Assembly (NCBI GenBank): GCA_012295275.1
Contig: CM022669.1
Location: forward strand, 12,648,001 to 12,712,000
Source: Chrysomallon squamiferum
Taxonomy: Eukaryota > Animalia > Mollusca
DNA: 64,000 nucleotides
Direction of reading: 5' to 3'
The notes beneath the pieces are model-generated. The model searched no databases, was not told the DNA's origin, and worked only from the letters and a program-made list of their open reading frames with translations. The translations under genes and the position numbers were made by a program. Below, one piece after another: positions 27,699 to 41,962 of this stretch (within the stretch, counting starts at the first letter, position 1; each line of letters opens with the position of its first letter).

Positions 27699-29195
27699 AA
27701 ATGAAAAAAATGAAATAAAATAAAAAGTAATTACTAAATAAAATTAAAACAATCCCGCCCTTACAACAACAATAAAAAAAGAAAAAAAAAGAAGAAAAAT
27801 AGCAAACAAATTAAGGACGATTTTGGTAAAGATTCCCTCACAATATTCCAGAGAAAGAAACTGGATAACAAAGCCGCTGCAGCCCTTACTTTATCTAATA
27901 ATACAGCACTTTCGTACTGGAAATAATTAAATAAATAAATAAATAAATAAATAAGAGATTAAAGAAAGAAAAAACTGTAGAAAATCACAGGTCGTTTGCA
28001 GGCCTCTTCTTTCGTAGGACACCAGTACACGGCATATAATTAAAGATTAAAATGTGGGGCACTGTTGTTGTTTTTTTTTTTTTTTTTAAATAAAACATTT
28101 CTTTTTGCATACAAAGGGAGACAAATACAAGAGACCAAAATCAATGTTTTTGCCTAGTGTTCTGTCTCGTGACTCTGTTAAACGTTAGCAAGTTACATCG
28201 TTTATCTATAACAGTAAAGCACGCAGTGTCCTCAGCAATGTTCCCTTTTTATTCGATTACTACACGCATACACGCACGCACAGACGGACAGACTCAGAGA
28301 GAGACGCACAAACACACACACACAGTCTCGCACACATACATACACAACACATACGCTCTACTCAGCATCAGTAATATTAACAATAATAACACATATATAA
28401 ATGAAACAAAATGTGTGTATACGTTTGTATGTATATTAAAATATGTAAAGGTGTACTAAAAGGCACACATTCATTGATTTGCTGGTAAAGAAAATACAGA
28501 TGTTCTTGCGTAAATATGGGCACCATCTGTGATTATCATTTAATGTCCAGCAAATTTTAGTTAACAATGCGGCAGTATAGTGCGTTATGAACACCTGACT
28601 ACAGTGTACGTACGTTTTATTTTATAGTATGAAGTCAGGGATAACATAATCGATATGAAAACAAAATAAGCGTTAAACAGTACCAAAGAAACTTAATTTT
28701 TGCTCTGTGGAGTATTAATCGCTACAGTGTACATTAATTAAAGTATGTTTAAATAAATTAGATATATGTTCAAGTTATTATTTTACCTCATGACAGAATT
28801 ATATAAAAAAAAAAAGAAAAGAATTATGATAATATAAAGATACTATTAAAAACATTTAACACTGGACTGCAAATTCACGAACAAAACACTGCTTAGAAGT
28901 ATACAGGCGAGTGTTAGGTTGTTTCCTCCTGTCAGCAAACGTTTGTGCTTTAAGTTTATCTCATATAATATATTATATATTACATCTGTTCCTTTATTTC
29001 CTTAAATTTAAATAGCGTTGCTAGCATAATGTGAAGCACATAAATATCAAATATTAACAAATTGGCAAGTAACTAAACATACTTTATAAGAGAATGGGAT
29101 TGGATAGTGAAAAAAATGAACATCTGGAAATGATGTACATTAATTGAATATATTTCATATTTTGATAACACAGCTTGTATAATGAATAGTATATT

Positions 29196-29267
29196 AGCAC
29201 GAAAGAAAGTATCTTGAAACATATTAGACTAAGCACGAAAGAAAGTATCTTGAAACATATTAGACTA
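29196..29267. repeat. Perfect 36-bp direct tandem repeat, two copies
   Basis: agcacgaaagaaagtatcttgaaacatattagacta occurs twice. Confidence 0.95.
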
Positions 29268-29497
29268 CACTAGCTAATATGATTACAGTAAAGGTAGTTA
29301 TCATTGGACTGTATTTCAACAGTATCTAAAACACCAGCTTTCCAGTTATTTTTATTACCTTGTAACATAATACAGATATATAGTAATAAATTAATCATTA
29401 ACCGAATTTCGGATAAAAAAAAAAAAAAATAATAATAATAATAATAATAAAAATAAAAAATAGAAAGAAATGAGGTTAAAAATAATAAAGGAAAACG

Positions 29498-29538
<41 letters not shown>

Positions 29539-30214
29539 AAAGAAGGCAATAGAAAGAAACAAATAAAGTGTTTTCGACTTTAGAATCAATGATTTCTTTC
29601 ATGAAGAAAATGAATTGCTTTGTATTGCCTCTTGAATTGGCGTTTCCACAACTCAATAATTGTTATTAAGTTACAATCCGGTGAGAAAGAGGTAATTGCG
29701 TGTCCTCAAAGAGTTAGGTGATTCGATGTGTGCATTGTTTCAGAAAGCTCTTATACCATTTTCAAAGTCGATATCTTAAGTGGAAATTTGCCAATGAAAA
29801 GCGTGAATTACAATTGTCATAGCTGCGAACTACTCTGTAATATTTGTCTTACTATAAAAAGCTTTCCGACGAACAGTAATAGTTATCTGCGACGGACACG
29901 CCCACTGACCTGTCAGAACAGTCACAAATTGTCTGATTAGCACGTTAATTTTTTTCCTATTCTGTCCTACAGTAATAGTCTGTCAGCTGAAGTTCTGCTG
30001 AAGCAGAATCTATTACAGGTATCACAGAGTAAAACTATATTTTTAAAAACAACAACTCGTGTTTAAAGCGCATTAATGAATACAGTATATATATAGCACT
30101 GCATACAGGTAAACAGTTCACATTCAAACATTTCTGAAGCTGGAACAGTAATATCAAGTTCTGGCTTTCCAGTGTTTTGTGTGAGGTTTATATTAATTTG
30201 AAATCAAACAGACA

Positions 30215-31260
30215 ATGGCAGATTACACTGAGTACCAGGAATATAAAATCTCACTTAACATATTTAAATACGCGCCTCCGTTTCTCATTGGCGTCGGTCT
30301 TGTAGGTAACATTTTGGTTTTCGTGGTTTTGATGAAGTCGTCGATGAAACACACATCCACGTCGTTATATCTGAGATTCCTGGCAGTCTTTGATAGTTTG
30401 GTTCTCTGTACCGGTTTGTTTAGAGTTTGGTTAGTACGACTAGTAAATTATGACATTCGGGAGTACAGTTCGTTTGCTTGTAAGCTGCATTTATGGGCCG
30501 CCAACTGGACAATTTACACATCAACGTGGCTGCTGGTGGCGGTGACGTTGGAAAGGAGTTTCTCAGTTTGGTTTCCGCATAAAGTAAAATCTGTTTGTAC
30601 AAAACGTGTAACTCTTATCATAATCTTTTTCATTATTATAATAATGGCTGTTTTGCCAGCACATTACATCATTTTGATGGGTGATACTCTTGAAACAGAG
30701 AGCAATGAAACGTACGTGCTTCACTGCTCAGATCTTGACGATCAGTACGAAGTGTTCGAGAAAATGGTTTGGCCATGGATAGACTTTTGTGTCTACAGTT
30801 TTTCCCATCCTTTATTCTCATCGTGTGCAACATCTTAATCATCAACAAAATTGTTTCCAGCAATCGACAGGTTCTGGAGAATGACTCGTCCAGCGGAGGA
30901 AACAACATTCAGAACAGATCTATGTCATTTCGGCGAAATCAGAGCTCATCCATCACGTTCATGTTACTCGCAACAAGCGCAACTTACGTCATCTGTACGA
31001 CACCATTCTGCGTGTCAGTGATATACTTAAATGGCTTTCAATCTCAGTTTGAGAATCCACATGACGAGGCATTGGTCGAATTGATGTGGTCGTTGGTAAC
31101 CATTCTAATGTATATTAACAACTGTATTAATTTTATCTTATACTGTGCCAGTGGACAGCGTTTTCGTAAAGAACTGAGAATACTGTTTTGTGGTAAGCAG
31201 CAACGTTTTTCTGATATTTACAGTGTGCGAATGTCACATTCATATGCTAATGGCACTTAA
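30215..31260 (+). CDS. Class A GPCR, subtype B, interrupted by one 1-bp frameshift (young pseudogene or homopolymer assembly error)
   Basis: ORF 30215-30838 (TM1 to start of TM5) joined to the frame of 30769-31260 (TM5-TM7, NNCINFILY, GQRFRKE). Adding one base in the T5 run at 30799-30803 restores YSFFPSFILI as in paralogues. No other lesion seen. Confidence 0.85.
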
Positions 31261-32013
31261 TAAACAGACTAATAATAACATTTTTATTTTTTCGAGATTC
31301 TCTATTGTATATATATATATATATATATATATCTGTTCAGATCCTTTTTTTTGTCGTCCAGGACTTGACATACATTTAATATATTAAGATAATCAAAAAT
31401 GTTTGAAATCTAAATCGTTTATTAGTGCTGCTTTTACGAAACGGTAGATGTTAACTGAAATTTTCGTTAAACGTTTTTATGGTTCTGGTTAGATCGGGTA
31501 ACAGAGTTTTGCATCAACGAGTAGAATCTTTCCTCTGCCACGTTTTGGAACAGGAAACATCGATTTTCATAAATTAATCTACATTAGATTTTAGAAAATA
31601 ATTAAATGTAAGACAGACATTTCTTGGATATATTATTTTCAGCTAAATTCAAATAAATGTAAAATCTCTAGGCAAAGAAATTCTCGCTCTCCTTAACTTG
31701 AAACCTGATTATGCTCCTGAAATATATATATATATATATCTTTATCTATATTTGTATGTTTGTAAATATGTATATATATATATATATATTTGCTACTTTT
31801 TATAAAATATTAATTATCAACATTTCAAAATAGCATCTTTAGTACAAAGGAAAACCGTATTTAAAATCAAACTGGAACATACCTGAATTCTCTATTTTCA
31901 AAGATTTCCAACGATTATAGCTTTAACTAATGTTCATATTACTTACGTTCGGTAAATTTAAAACTCTCTAATCATATTTAAAAAAATTCCACCAAATTTA
32001 CAAAGATTTCAGT

Positions 32014-32268
32014 ACGGGTACCGGACCAATTATCCGGCGTCCTGAAATCCGGAAAGACAAGAAAACCGGAATTTTTTTTCCCGACGCTATTTTCATAGTT
32101 CACGCGCACCAGATAGGAACTGGCCGCATTGTTTACGTGTAAGTCGCCACACTTTTAAAATGTTTATGCCTAATTCTTTACGTATTTGGATGCCTTGGTA
32201 CCAGAATACCGGAAAATCCAGAAATCGGGAATGCGCCAAGGAATCCGGATAATTGGTCCGGTACCCGT
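32014..32268. mobile_element. MITE with 24-bp perfect terminal inverted repeats, probably Tc1/mariner pogo-like
   Basis: acgggtaccggaccaattatccgg ... ccggataattggtccggtacccgt. TA overlaps the left end and TG is at the right end (possibly a mutated TA target duplication). Subterminal ccggaaa repeats; no credible coding capacity. Confidence 0.85.
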
Positions 32269-33381
32269 GTTATATGCAACAGCGCGGTATTGGAAAAAAA
32301 GTATAAAGTTAGACACAAGCTGTTCTGACCTGTCAGAAAGCGTGCCTGTCGTAGACGTGCTTCACAACAGCTTGCTCTGATTAGCACGTTCATTTGTTTT
32401 TTCAAGGTTCAAGGTTCTGTTCTGACTGTGTTTTCTATGGTTTCTTCTGTACTTTCTATTGATTAAGTCTGGTGAACTGATCCTACTATCTTGCCACAGC
32501 TGCATGAATTAAATAAAAAAAAAAAAAAAAAAAAAAATAAAAAAATATCTCTTTCACATTATTGCTTAATCTGTTGTGTGTTAAACTCACTCATGTACAT
32601 TATGAAACAGTTTATTTAGTAAACGTGATGAATTTATGTCTACGACTTTTTTATTTTTTATTTTTATTTTTATTTTTGTATTAATACTGTTTGATATAAA
32701 CAAGTCTGTTAAAGCCGATGTATTAAGAATTATATATATATATATACATATACATATACATATATGTATATATGTATATGTGTGTGTGTGTGTGTGTATA
32801 TATATATTAATGGAAAAAAACAACAACATACAAACAAAAACCAAATAAACAAAGAAAAAATATTTTTTGCTCAGTGAAGATCCATCATGCAATTGCTAAA
32901 GGAATAAACAATACCTAAATTAATAAAACTTTTATGACAGTAATTATTTTTAGAAATCTTATTAAATTAAAGATAAAACTAATTATATTTTTTATTCTGA
33001 AAATTCCATGTCCCATTGTATTTTCCACTTAATCTAATTTTTCTGATGATAAGGTTACTTTTGTTGAACAGTTAATTATTGCTAAAGATTTTTTTTTTTT
33101 TTTTTTATTATAACGTAATACGTTTTATTAATATAAAAATAGACAATTTGATTAATCCTCGATTTATTATTTCTTTATTCTAATAATAATTAATAACACT
33201 GTACACGACATATATTGATCTGTGACTCGTTGTCTAACTAATGGAAACTGTTACGTATGTATATATGTGTGTGTGTTTCTGAGTACGTGTTGTGTACGTG
33301 CGTGCAATCGACCAGTGTAAAATACTGAATAAGAATTATTTATGTTAAAACTTGAACGTTGTATAAGCATTTTATAAAACA

Positions 33382-33448
<67 letters not shown>

Positions 33449-34583
33449 TCATAGCATGGAAAGAACACACTAAAACAGCTACTATTACACTGGCATTCAA
33501 CAGTACAACAATTAGATTTAACAGGTGGAATCTCCAACTGTAAACAAACTTTTAACTAACAACAGTTAAAATATCTTAATTAATTCTTCCGATCTGCCAC
33601 AATGATAATGGAGAACAGTCGAGAATAAATTAAAATATTTTAATTAATGCATCGAAAAAAGGAATTATGAATACTAATGATAAATACATTAATGGATACA
33701 TGAAAAAGATTTTTTTTAAATAAAAGCCAACAAAATCTATTACATTTTCTGCCACGAGAATATCATGACAATGTAGACTATGAACAAATACTGGCTGGCA
33801 AAAGGAAATTAGGTAATTTACGTCAGAACAGGCCATAAATTTCAAAACATGAAATCAACAGCAAATTACATAACCTGATCGAAGGTGCATACATATAACC
33901 ATATGGTATTTCGTTATTATTAACATTTTCTTTTTTTCACATTGGAGAATAAACAAGGAAAGTAAAATCTCTCTTACTCTTCATTTTACATTAAAAAATT
34001 ATTCCAGATGCTCCCGTCTATATAACCCAAGATTAACAGAAAACGAATAAAACAACAAGAAAGAAAACAAGTAAAGTCCACTGTTACTGAATGGTATGTG
34101 TGCCCAAACTGTGCAAACTGAAGTAAAATAATCGGTGTCATAATAATAATAATAATATCGTTTTTATATTATTATATTCATTTTAATTATACAAACAAAA
34201 TTATATTAAAAAAAACAAAACAACAACAACAACAACAACAACCCCTACCCCCCAAAAAAATCAAACAACAACAACAGCAATAGCAACTAGAAAAAATCAA
34301 ACCCATAGTTATAATATACCCAAAACTGTTCATAAAATGTTCTCCGGCGTCTTTTGTACAACCATTCTCCACTTCATTCATTCCAGGACTTCATTACCTT
34401 TGGCTAGTAATTAAATGTTTAGTTCTTATCTTTTGTTACAGTATATTACATTTTGTGTATTATTTCAATATACTCTCTGTATGAAGTTTACACCTTGTTC
34501 ACAATAACTAATATGTATCTACTAATTAACTACTGATGCATATCTTTATAGATATATATGTATAAATATATATATATATATTA

Positions 34584-34787
34584 AATTATGTCGAATTACA
34601 GGCCAATGTAAAAATTAATATATACACATATTTGTGTGTTTATTTACTATATACATATACATATATGGATATGTATTGAACCTGTCATATATCGATATAT
34701 GTTTATGTATATGTATGTATATATTAAATAAACATACAAATATGGGTATGTATTAATTTTTGCATTGGCCTGTAATTCGACATAATT
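34584..34787. repeat. Roughly 200-bp imperfect inverted repeat (fold-back) upstream of GPCR A3
   Basis: Left arm aattatgtcgaattacaggccaatgtaaaaattaatatatacacatatttgtgtgtttattta. The right arm reverse-complements to aattatgtcgaattacaggccaatgcaaaaattaatacatacccatatttgtatgtttattta. Confidence 0.9.
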
Positions 34788-34889
34788 ACTCCGCCCATCG
34801 AATCGCCGATACGGCGGTGGAACTAGTTACCTTTAGCCAGTTGAGATAGAAACAGTGTCTCTTCGACATTTCAGTTTTTCCATTATTCT

Positions 34890-35440
34890 TCACGACTATA
34901 GAACGTTTCTTAAGATGTAAAACAGTGGCTGTAGAAATGTAGTTGTCTTATTTTAACAAGCAGAGCTAATACAACAACTGAATCAACAACAACGACGACA
35001 ATTATAACCAAGAAGAATGGATAGATAAGCTGTTTGATAAGCTGAACGACTAAAAAACGTTTCCTAGAAAATCAATACGAAATCGTATATTGGTTATACA
35101 TTTGGTTTATATCAACAATCAGAGGTAAAGCATAACAACAACGACGACGAACGACAACGACAACAACAATAGAAGGACAGTGTGTTTGATATTTGAACTG
35201 TTCTATTATTCTTCATGACGACCATAAAAAGTTTCCTAGAAAATAAATACGAGATCGTATTTTGGATATATATTTTATTTACATAAACAAGAAGACATCA
35301 ACAACATCAATAACACCAACAGAAGGAACCTGTTATATAACTGATTTTACCTTGATAGTTAATGATGACTAAAGAACGTTTCCTAGAATATAAAATTGAG
35401 ATAATAATTTGATGTACATTTCGTTTACCTTAACAGGAAA
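34890..35440. repeat. Degenerate tandem repeat of about 150-170 bp, 3-4 units, upstream of GPCR A3
   Basis: Recurring acgactaaa.aacgtttcctagaa...atacga.atcgtat.ttgg at about 34892, 35047, 35218 and 35366. Confidence 0.7.
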
Positions 35441-35783
35441 AGATTATCAACAAGAAGAAATCGAATGAGATCAATAACAGCAGTATCAACAAAAATAACA
35501 ATAACAGCTCTGGCACACCACCAATAACAAAACTGTTTGATATTTAGAAATTCAGTTATTATTAATGCATAGCGAACAGTGATTTTTATGAGTTTGCCTT
35601 AACAACAACAACAACAACAACAACAACGGAAACCGTTGCACAGTTACAGTCACTGATAAGAGAAACAGAACCGTTTCAGTTTAAATTTTCAGTTATTCTT
35701 CCTTCCTAACTAATACTGGATTTAATACTGCATATAGTGACTAATAATTATAAATAAAAGTATTTATGTTGTAAACTGGAAAT

Positions 35784-36824
35784 ATGACTGAGTTATCCGA
35801 ATTTCCTGAATATAGAGCTGCTAGTGTTATTTGGAAATACGTTCCGCCATTGATGCTGACATTAGGACTGGTGGGTAACTCTTTAACGTTCATTGTCTTG
35901 TCGTGGTCATCATCAATGCGCGAAACGACAATGTCGCTGTATTTGAGGTGTCTGGCTGTCTTCGACAGTCTCGTTCTCTGTACCGGCTTGTTAAGACAGT
36001 GGTTAAAAGAAATAGCGGATTTCGACATCAGAACATGCAGTCCGACTGCATGCAAACTGCACGTGTGGGCGACTTACTCCACCATGTACACTTCGGCGTG
36101 GTTGTTGGTGGCGGTGACGTTGGAAAGATGTTTGTCTGTGTGGTTTCCACATAAAGTAAGAATGATATGTACGAGACGTGTAACTATTGTTATAATTGTG
36201 TCCATAATTTTAATAATGGCCGGTTTGCCAGGACATTACATTTTTGGACTTGGCGACTTTGAAGAAACCGAAGGAAATGAGACATATATTCTTCACTGTG
36301 TAGGTATTACAGATCAGTACGACAAATTTGAGGCTACTGTTTGGCCATGGATAGATTTTTGTGTCTATAGTTTCTTACCTTCTTTTATTCTCATCGTATG
36401 TAACATTTTAATCATATACAAAATTGTTTCTGGTAATCGACAGATTTTGCAGAATGACACATCCAATGGAAACAACATTCAGAACAGATCTGCATCAGTT
36501 CGACGAAATCAGAACTCATCCATCACATTCATGTTACTTTTCGTAAGTGCGACGTACGTAATTTGTACAACCCCTTTTTGTGTTTTTGTCATATATAACA
36601 ATATATATGATGAGGTGATTGAAAACACTCACGACGATGCAGTTTTTGAATTGAGATGGTCTCTGGTCAACATTTTGATGTACTCAAACAACTGTATCAA
36701 TTTTGTGTTATACTGCAGTACTGGACAACGATTTCGACGAGAAATGCGCAAGTTGTTTTGTGGTCGTGAGCGGAGACAGTCTGAGATCTACAGTGTGCAT
36801 GAGACAGAAAGTCATACGCTGTAA
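35784..36824 (+). CDS. Intronless class A 7TM GPCR, subtype A, copy A3, 346 aa
   Basis: Intact ORF of the same length and with the same motifs as 15345-16385 (ERC, CTTP, NNCINFVLY). Confidence 0.95.
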   Translation: MTELSEFPEYRAASVIWKYVPPLMLTLGLVGNSLTFIVLSWSSSMRETTMSLYLRCLAVFDSLVLCTGLLRQWLKEIADFDIRTCSPTACKLHVWATYSTMYTSAWLLVAVTLERCLSVWFPHKVRMICTRRVTIVIIVSIILIMAGLPGHYIFGLGDFEETEGNETYILHCVGITDQYDKFEATVWPWIDFCVYSFLPSFILIVCNILIIYKIVSGNRQILQNDTSNGNNIQNRSASVRRNQNSSITFMLLFVSATYVICTTPFCVFVIYNNIYDEVIENTHDDAVFELRWSLVNILMYSNNCINFVLYCSTGQRFRREMRKLFCGRERRQSEIYSVHETESHTL

Positions 36825-37419
36825 TGCAATATTATATGTTTGTTATCTTCAACAGAATGTTCATCTTCATCAATGTTTTACGATGTTTTTTTAACTACAT
36901 ATTGTGAATGGCACGCTCACAAAATCGTTATTACGTCAGTTTTGATGATGCAATAATACGTTCATGATGATCATGTAAATTATGATACGTTCAGTATCAC
37001 AGAATATCAACTTTCGGAATCCAACACAGAAACTGTCTTGGTGATCCACGTGAATAGTCAGCATAAATACATTGGTTCCTCTACATTTTCAATGTCATTG
37101 CTAATGGAAGCCGAATTCTGGGCTATCAACAAGTTCAGTCAAAGCAGAAGATCTTCGGAGTCCCAAACAATACTGATATTATGACGTTTGTTTTATGACG
37201 CAAGGTGCAAGGTGGACCAGTTTGTTTCCTAGTGAAAGATTTGAACTACAGCCTCAACTACGTAGGAGTCTTTTTCACCAAAAACTCCCTCAGCTACGAT
37301 TTCTTTCATTGTCAACATGATTTAATTTCTCATTATTTTTTGGTGTTTTGACATGGAATCAGAGTATTTACATGCACAACAAATTATAGTTCATATAATA
37401 AAGAGCAATATGGGATAAC

Positions 37420-37700
37420 TCAGTCGTTTTAGTGACAAATATTAATCAACTCATCGATTGCATGCATTTCACAGAAAATATTAATTAACTTTTTTTAGTG
37501 AGAAATATTAATTAACTCAGTGAGTACATGCATTTGAACGGAAAATATTAATTAGCTCACCGATTACATGCATTTCAGTGAAAATTTTTAAATAAGTCAG
37601 TGATTTCATGCATTTCACAGAAAAAATATTAATTAACTCAGTGATTGCATTCATTAATAGTGAAATATTTAAATCAGGGATTACATGCATTTCAGTAAAA
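37420..37700. repeat. Minisatellite, roughly 39-bp unit, about 7 degenerate copies
   Basis: Consensus approximately atattaattaactcagtgattacatgcatttcacagaaa. Confidence 0.85.
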
Positions 37701-39193
37701 AAAATGTTAAGTTCTATCTAAGCTGACACATTCCCTATATAATGTTCTGAACATTATTTACCACTGAAATACTTCTACTGACTCCTGTTCGCAATATAAT
37801 CAAATGGATTACAAATCCAAGCATAAACAATCTCAAAAGATTTATGATAAGCGACAGTAATACATTTAGAATTTTAAAGTAATGCCGCCACTAAACGTCT
37901 TTCTAAATGAAATAAATGACTGTCAAAGAGGCTAGGACTGAAAGGGTTGAGGAGTGGCAAGTTTTAGCCAAGAAAAAACAAACTTTAAAGGAAGACTGAC
38001 TTCGTGTCTGCATTTTTAGATCGCTTGCTCAGAAACAGGTAATAAACTATTGAACACCGCAACGTGTAAATAAAACTTCTCTTATTCTGAACACCTGATA
38101 GATACTATATCTTTTGAAATATGCTTTTACATATTAAAAATTTCCTTTACGGTTTCCATATTGCATATTGCAACATTTAGAATTTTTCTTTTACAAACCT
38201 ATCTTCATTTGCATTTTTTAAAACAAGGTCAAACATGTCGTTGCAGAAACCTTGTACTGAACTTCGTACTACCGTCACAGAAGTTTTTGCCTGCAGTGTT
38301 TTTCTTCAAAAACAGTTCTCAAAATGCTGGTCATGCTATTTAACTACAGACCACATCAAGTAATTCATTTTCAATGTTTCATTTTATTATAGTCTGAGTT
38401 TATTTTGTTGTAGGCTAAAGACAGCTTTGTCGACAACCAAGATCATAATGCATTATTTGTCAATCATGAAACAAGTATTATATTGAAACATAAACGTGTG
38501 AAGAAGTACGAACAGTTAATGGACCGCTGACGTAAGTTAGTGGAAATCATTCAAAATGGAAAGTGTAAATGTATCTTATTGTTATTCTAATGGACACGAC
38601 AATTACTCATAACTTCAAAATCCAATAAGGTTATTTAGGACTGACCTCAATTATTTTGTTATATCATCTTCCTCAAATTGATTAAAAATAACAGTAACAC
38701 AGTATTATTAATCAGCATTTTTTCTTTATTCAAATACAGCTTCACCATTCTTAATTTCATTCCATTAGGAATTGATTTTTAAAACATATTTTAATTTAAG
38801 TGAATTTCCTTTTTCCCTCAAGCAGTATAATTTTCGATTAATATTAATTTTCTACGTTTGTCGAAAACAAATGATTTAAAACGACATTGCGAAAGTATAA
38901 TTTTGATTTCATTATAACTATAATTTTATTGACATTGTGGATTATTTTTTAAATTTATTTTTTAAAAGCATTTTCACCACATTTTATAAAGCTATTAGAT
39001 ATTTACTCTTTAATCTGCTTCATTAACCACGAACGTTTTTCTTATTACAATACATACATACATACATACATACATACATACATACATACATACATACATA
39101 CATACACGCATTAATACATATGTACATACGTAAATACATACATATATGCATTCTAAAAAAATATATATATATATATACATACATACATACATT

Positions 39194-39225
<32 letters not shown>

Positions 39226-39273
39226 TAAATATACATATACACATACACATCCACACATATACATATGAATGTA

Positions 39274-39311
<38 letters not shown>

Positions 39312-39331
39312 AGTATGTATGTATATATGTG

Positions 39332-39404
<73 letters not shown>

Positions 39405-41962
39405 GTATGTATGTATTTATATGTATATTTTTGAATGCATATATATAGATATATATATATATATATATACATACTATTTTGAATTTAGTTTCGTTTAAAA
39501 AGGAATCATTTAAATAATATGTACAGAAATATCAGTAAAAAAACCCCAAATAATTAAATTCGGAAAGAGGAAGAAAAAAGGACTTTCGAAGGCGAACACC
39601 TGAAAAACTATGAAACAGGATGGTTTAATTCACAAAACGTTTTTTTAAATATAATCCGTAAGCAGTCACTGATGGAAATGGATTTTAGAAACCAGAGATA
39701 CGCTAACCTTCGCCAGATAACGTTGAAATGGACTGGGGTGTTCATGCTCTATGTCCCTCAGTGAAATTTTTTTTTTATGATCTGAGAATCTGAGAATCCA
39801 ATTTGTTATTAGGGCAGATAAAATAAAAAAACAACAACAAAACAATAAAAATAAAAAATATAAAAAAAAGTATTGACTTATCTATTACCTAATCTGATTA
39901 TGGCCTATGTAACAATTTCTAATTCAGAAAGTCAGTTAAAAATAAGCCTTAATATTAGTAAAAGTGAATCGAATTTATAGGATATAAAGACGTCTCAAAG
40001 GAAAAAAAAGAAAAAAACTTTAGTCACATTATATATACCGTTGCAGTGTGTGTCGATTTAAAGAAATTTTTACCCCAACCGCATTGCTAGCTTTCCAGCA
40101 TGGTTGTCACCATATACAGGTATTAATTCATTAAAGAAAAAATGTGTTTTTACTGCTCATAAGATAACTTAAATACACGTGTTATTTTCGAGAGCTGAGT
40201 AAAGCATGGAAGTATATTTATAAAAAATAAACAAGATAATTTTAATTGCTAGAAATTTGACAACGGCTACTGTAATAAACATGTCTTATTCCATGCTAGT
40301 ACAGATACTGGAGGTAAACTGGAAACTAAAAAGCATGGAAACGCTGTTCCCTGGCATACCCACTCCCATTTCCATCACATATTGAAATTACTGAAGTAGA
40401 AAGAAATAATAAAAAAAACAGTAATTACAAAATTATTAAATGTTCTGACATGGTTTAGACCATGCTGGCACTGATGACATGTTAACATCTATATCACTGT
40501 AAAATAAGAACTGATTTCTTTGGAGTTAGACTATTCAGTTTTGAGTCATGATGCTTTCCATTTACTTATTTATTGTATTTTAAGCTGGCAAAACATACAC
40601 AGCTGTTTCGGACAAAAGTTAAATACCTTTATCATATCTGTAAGTTTTACAGTGTGAAAACTATAATATTTTATATTCTCTATGCATTGTTTGTTTAGTG
40701 AATATTCAACAGATTATTTGAAGTTGAGGTCTTTCATATTAATATACCAATTCAACATTACGAAAACAAATAAAGTGTTTGCGCACCAATCATTTAATTA
40801 TAGAAGTCTTTTTCTGCACATGAAGACTTTAATTCCTAAAAGCGATAAACGCTAAAATCAACATTTAATAAAAAAAAAAGCCCCATAATCATCTTCCTCA
40901 AAAATCTATATCTGCCGCTGATCTACGCAGTAGACTATAGACCTTCGTTGCATAATTGTTATAAACTCCAGAGCAGAAATAGTCATTTTTCTCAAAACAA
41001 ACAAAATGGGTTTATAGCGTTTTGGGACCAAACTCTTTACACGAAGAGTCTTCGTTATAAAACTGTTACCATTAACATGTTTGAAAACATTTATTAGTCC
41101 TTCATATAACATAATACGTATTAATGAGTTATTTAAGTATATAAACATTATTTAATGATTACAAATATTTGTATTTGTCTGTGTGTTAGATTGGCTATTA
41201 TTAATACACTGGAAAAACGTGTTTGCGAAATGTGTCAGTTTTACACCTAGTTTATATAAATATAGATTAACATTTACTCTGTCATATGTTTGTGAGTTAA
41301 CTAATTGATATAATTATTTTGATTTCGCTCCTTTTATTTGCGTTAGCTATAGAATAAAGTTGCTTCAGTGTTTGAACAAAAGAGAAAAACACGCACACAA
41401 GATAATCAAGTTGTTCACTGTTACATTTCTGACTGTTAAAGAGATTGGGAGACTATACCTGTGGTTGATACCGCAATGAAGGATTTGGTCTCAAAGTATT
41501 TTTTATGGAAAGTATTCTTTTTCGAACTGTCCAAAGCATCTGGAAAAACATACTAGTCTAACCTTTCACTGACTGAATCTTCTTAACAAATCTGAAAAAT
41601 CAAAGGAATAGCATGACCATCAAAAATTTATTATCTAGTTTATGGGTGGCATTTTGTTTTTTCGGGGGAGAGGGGTGGTCTCCCTGTAACAAAATATATA
41701 ATCAGTTAATATTTTAAAAAGGAAGAAATAACACATTAAATAATACACATAGTATTAGTTTATCTCATTTACCAGCTGATGTACCAACATAAAGAAGATA
41801 TGACTTTAGTGTTTCTGTTTCCCACTGAACCATAAGAGAAGGTACAGTATTAATTAATATCCTGGAGACTTCGATGAAACTTCTAAGACTTTACTCCTTT
41901 TAATCGTTACACAGTCATATAATTTATTATATATATAATATTATTTTATAATATAACAGACA

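Noticed and set aside
37420-37700. CRISPR-like periodicity
   Set aside because: Degenerate head-to-tail units without unique spacers, no cas genes, eukaryotic context.
40090-40470. Recurrent AGCATGG/CCATGCT motifs with a 10-bp inverted pair
   Set aside because: Too short to distinguish a decayed MITE from chance.
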